64,000 bases of DNA from Octopus vulgaris (lineage: Eukaryota): positions 73,036,001 through 73,100,000 of the forward strand of contig OX597814.1 of the NCBI GenBank assembly GCA_951406725.2, in the 5' to 3' direction. Under the pieces are notes generated by a model. It was not told the origin of the DNA. It saw only the letters and a program-made list of their open reading frames with translations, and did not search any database. How positions within the stretch are numbered: the first letter of the stretch is position 1; each line of letters begins with the position of its first letter. Of this stretch, positions 25,516 through 36,279 are shown piece after piece. The position numbers and the translations under genes were made by a program.

Positions 25516-26259
25516 TAATAGAATATGCCTCAACACACGAACTCATATAAAGAATCTTGCAAACCAAATCCAAAAACGAACTATAATAAGCTTTAGCCAA
25601 GCTTATTATAGTGTTCTGCTGTCTGAAATCAAGATAGCTACCCGACAGCCCCACTTCATTAAAACATGCATCTCCTCCAAGCTATTATGCCTACTCATAA
25701 TAAATGATAGGTTTTTTCTTCAAAATTATTAAATATTAGATTTATAGTTCCCTTTTAATCCAACTTATTAAAATAATCAACTACCACTAGCCAAGTACAA
25801 TCTTATAGATTAAATCGGATGCATATTTGTATATGTTTGTATAAGTGTAAAGGAATCTGTATTTTCTATAACTATTCAGTATATGGTTGGTCACTGTGAC
25901 CATTTAGCATTGACCTAGTTTTCTTGATACAAAATCTAATTGCCAAATGGGAGTAAACAGACAATATAACCCCCTTTCCACTTTAATTTTCTTTAGGAAT
26001 AACTTCTGACGTTTATTTCACCCCTACCTACTTCTATAAATAGAAAATCTCTTTTGTCTCCATTCAACAGAATTATCCCTCCCCACTTTCTAGCAGTTCA
26101 AAATAACTTAAAGAATATTCTTCAGTCAGAAGATAAATTCTAATACCTTAATGTTCTTAACATTTAAATCAACATCTCTGTCTATATATCTACCCTCTTT
26201 ATAATGTTATTAATTAACATGAAAATAATTACATGTATTGATGGAAAACCTCTATAAAC

Positions 26260-26341
26260 GGCTGATGATTGCTCAACATTTTAAAACTGTTGTAATACTT
26301 ACAATGTTTAATAAAATGATGTAGCGTGAAATGATTGTACC
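26260..26341 (+). ncRNA. Decayed hammerhead-like motif with long stem II
   Basis: GG-CTGATGA, hairpin (TGCT/AGCG, CATTTTA/TAAAATG, TTGTAA/TTACAA), GAAA-TGATTG-TA-CC. Stem I is only 2 bp. Confidence 0.55.
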
Positions 26342-26374
26342 AAATTACCGAAGATATTCTTGTTGCTTATTTTG

Positions 26375-26411
<37 letters not shown>

Positions 26412-27210
26412 GGTAATGTTATTTCTTTTGTGGAAACTACTTCGGTGGCTATACCAGAATAAGGAGCTATTTCTAGCACTAGAGTTAACCACTTGACGTT
26501 AACTCCCTTATATTTACGTATATATATATACTAAAATTTTGAGTTAGAAGCAGCTCTATAATGTAAGTATTATTGATGTCATATATTTAATGTATATATT
26601 TTGTTAAATACTTTTAAGGCCAATCAAGATTATGACATCAATGAGCTGAAATAACAGTGAAATATTGTATATCTGTTGCTCTTGCTCATGTTTTATGAAA
26701 TGTTACATCTTCAAAAGGACTTTCTCTGGATGAAATATTGTAGCCTAAAAGTGCTACACACATTAAGTACGTGATATCAATATTTCCATGATAGAGCTGT
26801 TTGTAACTCAAAACTTGAGTTTTATTTTACTTGTGCAGCATTGTTGCACCTCAGCAGATAGATTTTATAAGCCAGCGATTTGAATTCATCTTGAAGGTGA
26901 ATTGAGTATATGGCACTGTGGAGCTGAAATAACATCAAAATATTGAAAACTGTTGTTCTCATTCACCTCCAAAGCAATTCGTTTCACCTAGTTTTGAAGT
27001 AAACTATGATCTTTAACACACTACCTCCTTAAAGGGAGTTTCTCTTGATAAAATACCACAGCCTAAAAGTGTCCAACAATACACATGCATTAAGCATGAT
27101 AATGAAGGAATGAATGTATGTATATACGCATGTATATATGCATGTTTGTGTACATATATATATATGTGTATGTGTGTGTATACATATATAAGAAGTTTAT
27201 ATATATGTAT

Positions 27211-27276
<66 letters not shown>

Positions 27277-30200
27277 CATAAGAAGTTTAATTCCCAACAA
27301 CATGCTTCTGGGTTCAGTCCCAATGCATAGCATCATGTTGGTGGATTACTAACCAGTTGATAGAATTGGTGATTCATCAATCCACTTTAGCTACTTGAAA
27401 ACGCTATGGAGTTCTGGAACCTCATAGTGTCACCAATTGTAGTAGTAGTAGTAGTAGTATGATCATGATTACAATAACAAAGAATGTTAAAGATGATTAT
27501 TATTTATTTATGATGAAAACAAAGATAAAACCACGATAACCTGTGTTTTCTGTAATAAAATTGTAGTAGGATAATATATAACTCCAAAATCATTAAAAAT
27601 GATTTGCTGTGCATGTATGTATGTCCTTTGATACCTATATGCATTCACACATATGTATATACGTATGCATTCACACATGTTTTTGTTTGAATCAGGGTAT
27701 TTTATAGAGTATAATCAGGGTATTTTACTAATGTATATGCATCTATCTTTCTAACTAATCCCCTCACTCAACTGCTTACACTTATCCATCAAGTTACATG
27801 TATATTCGTTTATCAATATCCATCCATCAACCTATTTAGCTCTCTCATTTCTCTCTCTTTTCCCTCTTTCTCTCTTCTTCCTCCATCTTTTTCCCCTCTT
27901 TCTTTCCTCTCTTTCACTTTCTTTCTTCTTTTTCTGTCTGTCTGATCAACTATATCCATTCTATCTCAACTAGTAATTCAGAACAGCTTTCATGCCTCAG
28001 TTGTTTAAGTGTTACAGAATATCATGCTTGGCTTGTTGTGTGGTAGCATCAGGTTTCTAGACAGGAAATGCTGTATTTACAGAAGGAAGTGTCCATTCTG
28101 AATGGCAGTTTCCCATTACCGGCTTTCCTTATTTAAACAGTCATTTTGTGTATGGCTATGATCATATACATGCCTCTGTATTATTTGCAGTTTACTATCA
28201 GATTTTATGTGTGTGTGTGGGGGGCGGGCCGTGTGCGTGTGTGCTAACAATAATATAAACATGTGTTAGTGTATACAATGTGATATGGTTCAGACATGGC
28301 TGGATGATTAAGAAGTTTACTTTGAAATCATGAAGTCTCATGTTTTATCTCACTGTGCAGCACCTTGGGCAAGTATCTCCTACCACCACATTAGAGCTGC
28401 AAAAGCAAGCCTTTTGAGTGAAATTACATGGATAGAAAGTGTGTATAAGTACATTAAATGAATTACATTCAAAATCCAAAGAGCCAGCTGCATTACATAT
28501 TGTCATACTGATTTTATCTGAAGATTACATCTGTGAAATACTCTGCCTCTTACAGTAAGTACATTGGTCCATTGATTAAACCCCTGGAATACTCATTTTT
28601 GATACTGTCATGAGAATCAGCTGCAACTATTTGATACTTTGGAGAGACAAAGACAAATTCACTACCTTTTCTCTTGTCATTTGTCAGATATTTGTTGGGA
28701 TATTTGTGTAGTCATTTTGTTTTCCTTCTTTCTTTCATGTCTGTTTCTTTCTATTCTTGTGTAGGCAGAAAGGCAACTGACATTTGTAATTAATTTCTTT
28801 TTGTAGTTGAGTGCTGTAAGTATGATGCCTATGCTCTCATGCAAAAAGTTTGCAATTATTCAATCGTAGTTTGAACAATACTGGTGGTTTGGTCATTTTT
28901 TTGTTAAGATGAATGCATTAAGCCTTATAAAAATGAATGAACTACCACTATTATTCAAGCTACAATTGAATAATTTTAAATTCTTTTCTCTGCATGAAAC
29001 CATTGGTATTGTACTAACTATTAAAAGATATGTATATATGTATACACAGACTGGAAGAAGTCCAAAAAGCTGTTACTTCTACTGGCAACGAAAGGTTTCT
29101 CTCTCAGTTTGAAGTGGAGGAGACTATATGATGCCAGTGTATGAAATGTAATGTTGCCTAGTAGTGTGACATGGACACTGAATGCAGTTGGATTTATGAA
29201 AGCTAGAAATAAATGAAGCAATCACATATATTATTAATGTGCATGAATGATGGAGTGCAAAAAAGCTGTGGGAAAAACTGTATAAAAGAGATGAGTTACA
29301 GTGGGCTTGAAAAGACTGCAAGAATGACAACTGCATAAAGAAGCATAGGGTGGACGAAGTGGCTGGAATCTGTGAAAGAAGGAAACCCTAGAATTAATGA
29401 GTTGAAGTGATGAAAACTGACCTTTGGAATGTTAGGTTTCGCACAGATGACATGTAACCACAGTGATTGACAATATGCAGTACTGGAGAAGACCTTCCCA
29501 GCTGTGCATGTAGTGAAATGAATGTTGAAATAGTGATATTGTTGAGAGTTGAGAGGTGTAATATATCTGTATTTGTGTCTTTTACCCCACATGTCCTGCT
29601 GAGTTTACATTTGTCACCTGCTAAGCTACTTGATTCTTTTTCATCACTCTGTCACTCATTTCTGTATCATTCTTTTTATTACTCACCTTCTATCTGTGCT
29701 CCTTCTCCTCTGTTCATTGTATGAGATGACAGTGAATTTCTCTGTCATTGGGCTTATATGACTCTCATCTCTCTGACAATCACTTGCTTTCCTCTCTCTG
29801 GCCATGCATCCTGTGTAATGAGGATTGGCACTAGATCTTCCTATACCCAAACCCTTCTCCACCACCATTCTGTACTCAATATACCTGACCAGCACCCTTT
29901 CTATACTAACAGTCAATGATCTTTCTCTCTCCACCTCTCCCACCCTTCACCTCAACTCTCTCTGTCACACACTTGTTCTCTTCACTCACACACCCTTGTT
30001 TCTCCCATCATCTCTCTCTCTATCTGCTCTTCACATTGTTCTTCATGTTGAACAGACACAACATAACTTTAATAAGGACTCTTTAGTCTTACAAAATATA
30101 AGTGTCAGTGCCCTGATAAAATACACCAAATATGATTAGTAAAGTGGTTGGTGAATGACCAGAGGTATGACATCCTCTCTAGTGTTAGTGTCACAATAAA

Positions 30201-30729
30201 TCCCACCCAGCAAAGTTACTGGAGATATCCTATCATCAACAGCTCTGATATGAAGGGCATCTAGTCATAGAAACCAAACCAAAAATGAGATATACAAGTG
30301 AGACATAACCTTTTGATCTGTTTGTCTAGGAGGACAGTAACTTCAAATAAGAACTGACTCGGATCATTACAATCCATGCCAGCAAGGAAAGCAAACAAGC
30401 TACTGATATTAGATAAACTGTTAAGCAATTATATGTAAATTAGTAGGTTCAGTTCTTTGTAGTGACTGGATTTGTCAAGTATACAAACACATTGGCTGTT
30501 TGTTTCTCTGGAATTGGTTAGAGTGATGTCAACACCTGACAAGAACTTAATAATGTTAAAAAATTGATTAAGGTTGTTCATTTTTTTTCAATCAATGGAA
30601 AAATAGATAGATTTGCTCTGTTTATATATCAACTATATATATATGTATAAATATTTATAGATATGTATCTGTGTGTAAACATAAACACTCAAAGAATACT
30701 CTATTTTTACATACACACACACACACACA

Positions 30730-30760
<31 letters not shown>

Positions 30761-30831
30761 TTAAAAGAAGACAATGAAGATTGGGAAGTTAATAATTGTT
30801 TATTATTAACAGCAAATTGATCATCTTCACT

Positions 30832-30902
30832 TGCAGCCGTTTCTATTAATACTCAATAAATATTAAATTTACTTTTATGCAACATGAGCATAATATCATC
30901 AT
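30832..30902 (-). ncRNA. Decayed hammerhead-like motif
   Basis: Minus strand ATGATGA-TATTA-TGCTCA...TGAGTA-T-TAATA-GAAA-CGGCTG-CA. Two core positions deviate from consensus. Confidence 0.35.
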
Positions 30903-31391
30903 CATTTCTAAAAGATGGACAGAATTTCCTACTTAACTAAATAATTTGAAACTTCGTATACTGGTAGAATGTGTCAAAAGAAAACATTAATTTCAATTAG
31001 TTTTTTGGAGAAAAATGTATTTTCTAACTTTTACGTAGTTTAATTCTTCGAATTTTAACCAATCATATTCTCTGTTTTGAGCTGAATTCATTTCTGCCGT
31101 GTTATTCATCCTTATCAGTCTTCTGTTTTCTGTCTTCAGAGGCTTGTTTATTTCAATGTCATCCCTGACTTACGGACCGATTAGCTGTGTGTGTGTGTTT
31201 TTGTTGTGTATGTGTGTGCATGTGTGTGTTTGTTGTGTGTGTGTGTGTTATTGTTGTGTATGTGTGTGTGTTATTGTTGTGTATGTATGTGTGTGTGTGT
31301 GTGTGTGTTTTTTTTTGTTGTGTATATATATATACAAATATACATACACACACACACACATATACATATATATAAATACATATATACTCAA

Positions 31392-32175
31392 TACATTGAT
31401 GCTTTGCCATTCTCTCTCTTTTTCTTTTTTCTTCTCATCCCCTTTTTTGTCTTTTTCATTTTTCTTCCTTTTTTTACTTTTTCCTCCTTGTTTTCCTTTT
31501 CCCCTTTTTCCTCCTTTTTCCCAGCATGCCCAATTACAAATCCTTCCTCCTCCACCTTCACCACTACCTAAAGTGCCATGTTGGACTATTGAAATCAACA
31601 AGTTTTTCATTCTCTCTGTTTATTTTCTCTTCCTGTCTGTTGAAGAATGTAGGCTCGAAATGTAAAAGACTTCTATTCTTCCCAAGCATCAAACTAATAC
31701 ACTTGCTTGTTGTTCATACACCTGTCTTTCTCTTTTGTTTTTCTATAAATTTCAACTATATATTATATGCTCACATGGTTACCCCAGTTTCATTCTGACT
31801 GAACTGCCTACTCTTTGGACTTGCATATCTGAACCACTTCCTGAACTTTCAGCACCTCTCCTCATCCACATATTAGCACACCACCTGGGTTACCACTTGA
31901 TCTACAGACTCTATCTTCACAGATTTCACTGGACTTTTTCATTGACATAAATTTCTCCAATCGACTTTTGAACTTTCTGAACTTTTATACTCTGTACATT
32001 AATACTTTGCCATTCACTCTCTTTTTTTAGTTTTTTTTTCTCTTCCCCCTTTTCTTTTCGCTTTTTCATTTTTCTTCCTTTTTTACTTTTTCCTCCTTCC
32101 CCCCTTTTTTTCTCCTTTTTCCAGCATGCTTAATTACAAATCCTTCCTCTTCCACCATCACCACCACCTAAAATG
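31392..32175 (+). repeat. Partial tandem direct repeat (~185 bp at 31392-31575 and 31995-32175), pseudo-LTR-like
   Basis: TACATTxATxCTTTGCCATTC...CCAGCATGCxxAATTACAAATCCTTCCTC...ACCTAAA occurs twice. The intervening 31610-31750 is homologous to 4250-4381. Confidence 0.7.
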
Positions 32176-32757
32176 TATATATATATATATATATATACAA
32201 CCCCTTCATAAAATTAAGTAAATCAAAACCAAATACCAACAGAACGGAACAATCACCAAGAAATCCTAACACACTCTACACCAGAAAAATACACTTAAAA
32301 CACACCCCACACTACCTACACCAACCCCAAAACACCTACAGAGGCCCACCACACCAGTTCGAAAATAGATATACCAACAGAACAGAACAACCACCAAGAA
32401 ATCCAAACACACTCTACACCAGAAAAATACATTTAAAACGCACCCCACACTACCTACACCAACCCCAAAACACTTACAGGGGCCCACCACACCATTTCAC
32501 GAACCTAAGGGCTACAACATACAATACTATGAAATACAATCCACATAACCAAACTAAAACTCTACTACCAAACATCCACCCCAGGAACCAACCATACAAA
32601 CCTAACAAACAACAAATGCACTACGGAGGAAACAACTACCAACACAATATACCTGATGAACTAAGACGGAACACTAGGTACAACAACACACTTCAGAACA
32701 GAGCACCACAAACTCACTCTGACAATTATAACAACATGAGACAGATAAATAGTAGTT

Positions 32758-35103
32758 TTGAACATAACTACACCAACCATTTTTAGACCTTACACACAGG
32801 AACAGGGACACACGATGGCAAAGGACAAACAAAAGAAACCTCAGGTAATTAAGATAATTAATCTCTCAAACAAAGAACTTACACCTAACGAAATAAGCAT
32901 ACTCTCCAAAGGACTTAAATTTACACCAACCCCACAGTGTTCTAATTACTATGAAATGAAAGATGATATTTCGGAATTTTGCAGGAAACTAAGACTCACC
33001 GAGGAATTTCAAGACAAACAAATAGATGAGGATTCAATAGCTAGAAACAAGAGCAATTACACCCCCACCAAGGGAAAGAATAAAGCCTTAGACCGCTATT
33101 GTGACTACATAACTAATTTCCCGTTTCAATTCATCAAGAAACAAAAACACAGCCCTAACTTTAACAAAAGAGAATGGAACGACCTCATCAAACTAAGAGA
33201 AGACAAAGCAATAACAATTAAGGAGGCAGATAAGGGCAACGCGATAGTAGTAATGAATACAAACGATTATAAAAATTTAGTGCTATCCCTATTAAGAGAT
33301 GAAACGTATTATGAAAGGGCCCAACAGTATAATCAGCAAAAAATAATGCATAACCTTAGGACATTAATCAACACATACCGAGAAGAACTCACGGACAAGG
33401 AGTATGAATACATCACTAACTTCAAATGCAAATCGAGTTTGTTCTATGGTATCCCTAAAGTACACAAAAGCCAAATAATTAGAGAAACATGCAAAACATC
33501 TACCGATATACTCATCAAAATCCCTTCACCAAATGATCTTAAACTTAGACCGATAATAGCAGGGCCAGCATGTGAGACTCACCGCCTCAGCAATTTCTTA
33601 GACACACTTCTTAAACCTTTCCTAAAACACATCAAAAGCTACGTAAGAGACGATATAGATATGCTCAACCACCTCCCTAAAACAGTCAATGAGAAAACCC
33701 TTCTAGTATCATTCGACGTAGTTAATCTTTATTCTAACATCCCTCACAACCTAGGAATAGAAGCGATCACCTTCTGGCTGAATAACTACCCCTTTGAACT
33801 CCCAACTCGCATAAACAAAGACCTTATAATAGAAGGACTTAGATTTATTTTAGAAAACAATTACTTTATTTTTGACAATAATTTCTACAGACAAAGATCG
33901 GGAACAGCGATGGGCACGCGTACTGCACCATCTTTTGCCAACCTAGTGATGGGATACCTCGAGAAAATACTCTACCAGATAACACTCGAGAAATTTGGAA
34001 ACACCTTCTCCACCTATATCCAGAACAACTGGAAAAGATACCTCGATGACTGTTTCATCATCTGGGACAAAAGTATAGAGAAACTTGAGGAATTTAAAAT
34101 ACTATTAAATGGAATAAATGATAATATACAATTCACGATGGATCATAACAAAGAAGAATTACCATTTTTAGACATCCTCATTAAGAAAACCGGCAACAAA
34201 ATAGAGACAGATATCTACTATAAACCGACAGACTCCAAACAATACCTACCCTTTGATTCATGCCACCCACGACACACTAGAATAAATGTCCCTTTTTGTT
34301 TAGCTAGAAGGATCTGCACCATAATATCAGACACAAACACCCGACACACACGTCTCCAGGAACTTAGAACCACACTCACAAATAGAAACTATCCACAGCC
34401 CCTAATAGACAGTGCAATCCAAAGGGCACTCAAATTAAGTATAGAAGACCTGAGACAAACAAAACCAAAAAAGAAAGAACAATTAAAAACCCTTCCCTAC
34501 ATCTCTACACACAACCCACTCAACAATGAGGCCTTCAGCACCATACTACAAAGCACAGCCCTACTAAAGGGAGACCCAAAGATGAACCGGATCCTCGAAA
34601 CACACACCATCATTAAAAGTAAACGGCAACCAAAATCCTTGAAAAGGATTTTAACCCAAGCTAAACTGCACTCAACATCAACCACAAAACCAGCAGTTAG
34701 AAAATGTGGAAGGCCCAACTGCGGAATCTGTGTCATCTTGATAGAAGGTTCAGAATTTATACTAGAACAAGGCCATCAGTTCACCATTAGAGCAAACTTC
34801 ACCTGCGCATCAGAAAACTTAATTTACGTCATAACATGCGCAGGCTGCAATAGGCAGTATGCAGGCCATACAAAAAATAGCTTACGTAACAGGATGGCAG
34901 TGCATAAATCACAAATTAGAAACCCTGAATACCGGAAAATACCGGTCAGCGGACACATAGATAGATGTGCTGGAAATGTAAATCCGAAATTTACAACTTA
35001 CCCGCTTTATAAATTCAGTGACAGCGTAACCTTCACGCAACGCCAAAATAAAGAACTGTATTTCATCAAAAAATTTAGACCAAGTTTGAACACCCTGGGC
35101 TAG
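32758..35103 (+). CDS. Penelope-like reverse transcriptase / GIY-YIG endonuclease (first ATG at 32815)
   Basis: IINLS..L...E..LSKGLKF, ADKG, YGIPKVHK, RPII, SFDVVNLY, GTAMGT, RYLDD, LPFLDI, YYKPT; CGRPNCGIC linker; LIYVITC...QYAGHT...R...H. 781 codons without a stop. Confidence 0.95.
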   Translation: MNITTPTIFRPYTQEQGHTMAKDKQKKPQVIKIINLSNKELTPNEISILSKGLKFTPTPQCSNYYEMKDDISEFCRKLRLTEEFQDKQIDEDSIARNKSNYTPTKGKNKALDRYCDYITNFPFQFIKKQKHSPNFNKREWNDLIKLREDKAITIKEADKGNAIVVMNTNDYKNLVLSLLRDETYYERAQQYNQQKIMHNLRTLINTYREELTDKEYEYITNFKCKSSLFYGIPKVHKSQIIRETCKTSTDILIKIPSPNDLKLRPIIAGPACETHRLSNFLDTLLKPFLKHIKSYVRDDIDMLNHLPKTVNEKTLLVSFDVVNLYSNIPHNLGIEAITFWLNNYPFELPTRINKDLIIEGLRFILENNYFIFDNNFYRQRSGTAMGTRTAPSFANLVMGYLEKILYQITLEKFGNTFSTYIQNNWKRYLDDCFIIWDKSIEKLEEFKILLNGINDNIQFTMDHNKEELPFLDILIKKTGNKIETDIYYKPTDSKQYLPFDSCHPRHTRINVPFCLARRICTIISDTNTRHTRLQELRTTLTNRNYPQPLIDSAIQRALKLSIEDLRQTKPKKKEQLKTLPYISTHNPLNNEAFSTILQSTALLKGDPKMNRILETHTIIKSKRQPKSLKRILTQAKLHSTSTTKPAVRKCGRPNCGICVILIEGSEFILEQGHQFTIRANFTCASENLIYVITCAGCNRQYAGHTKNSLRNRMAVHKSQIRNPEYRKIPVSGHIDRCAGNVNPKFTTYPLYKFSDSVTFTQRQNKELYFIKKFRPSLNTLG

Positions 35104-35329
35104 GAATATTAAAACAAAAGATTGGTCCTCCGAAAAGGAGAAGCAAAATTCCACCACGGCCGCTGCCTTAAACAGTCACTCACACTGACAGAAATATGTC
35201 TTAGGGAAAGGAAAAAAAATTTATAAAAAGATCTCTACAAGCAGATCTAATCCTGATTCGTCAAGAAACTGATGACGTATTACCTCAGTGGGCAAGCTAT
35301 TGTCACCCTGCTTGGTCGGTTTCCACATA

Positions 35330-35625
35330 CGATACAGCTATGGGTCAGACCCGATTCTGATTGGTCAAAACATTGATGACGTCTCGTTCTGCTGGACTAG
35401 CCACCTAACGGGATGATTGGTCAAAACAGTGATGACGTCTCGTTCCGCTGGACTAGCCACCTAACAGGATACAGACATGGGTCAGATCTAATACAGCTAT
35501 AGGTCAGACCCGATTCTGATTGGTCAAAACATTGATGACGTCCCGTTCTGCTGGACTAGCCACCTAACGAGATGATGACGTCTCGTTCCGCTGGACTAGC
35601 CACCTAACAGGTGATATAAAACCCA
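35330..35625 (+). promoter_or_regulatory. Repeated CCAAT(reverse)/CRE-like modules followed by a TATA box in the Penelope pseudo-LTR
   Basis: GATTGGTCAAAAC x3; GATGACGTCxCGTTCxGCTGGACTAGCCACCTAAC x4; TATAAAA at ~35615; AAG|GTAAAA donor-like site at ~35705. Confidence 0.55.
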
Positions 35626-35894
35626 AACAATTCACAAGATTCACCAGAACTATTCGAACAGACACCAACCAAAAGTTATCACAGTTGCCCCCATTGGAAC
35701 ACAAGGTAAAACCTAAAATGAATTCCTCGCTTTTTCAAGAACATGAATTTTTTATATTGAATGCATATCACCACTATGAACTACTACATCATACTCTTTA
35801 AACATATAGCATGGACTCGCTTCACTATATATGAATTTTTTTATTATATATGAATTTTTTATATTTGATAGCATGAACTATCTTTTTTATATAT

Positions 35895-35947
35895 AATTTT
35901 TTTTGATAAGGTTTGTCATTTCAAGAACCGAAACATGTTAAATAAAT
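35895..35947 (+). ncRNA. Minimal hammerhead-like motif, U3-A8 variant, in the Penelope 3' end
   Basis: TTT-TTGATAA-GGTT...AACC-GAAA-CATG-TT-AAA, with palindromic AACATGTT stem III. Confidence 0.65.
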
Positions 35948-36279
35948 AATGTATATATAAAAATAAAAAATTTGTCTAATATAGCAGCATTTTCAAACTT
36001 CATTTTTTACAAATATATACCCACTCGTATACGAGCTAATCTTATTATAAATATATATATATATATTGGAGTAATTGTGTGAAGCAGTGTTTATGTATAA
36101 TCACAATTTAGGTTAGTTGAAATATGTTTGTCAAATATTTCAATTGCTAACTGCAGTTATCATGGAGAATAATCTCTTATGGTAAAAGGTGTGAAAACAC
36201 CCCGTTCATTCAATGTCGCCCTCTCTCAGAAACCTCAGATATCAATGTTTCGAGTTTATTGACTCTTGTCGATGAGATG

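Larger units (their letters stand above)
32197..36050 (+). mobile_element. Penelope-like retroelement (Neptune-type linker) inserted in (TA)n
   Basis: Intact ORF, 138-bp-period tandem duplication at 32233-32494, 3' region with repeats, TATA box and hammerhead-like motif; (TA)n on both sides. Confidence 0.9.

Noticed and set aside
35269-35300. CTGATGACGT as a hammerhead core
   Set aside because: It belongs to the GATGACGT (CRE-like) repeat series, with no matching GAAA or stems.
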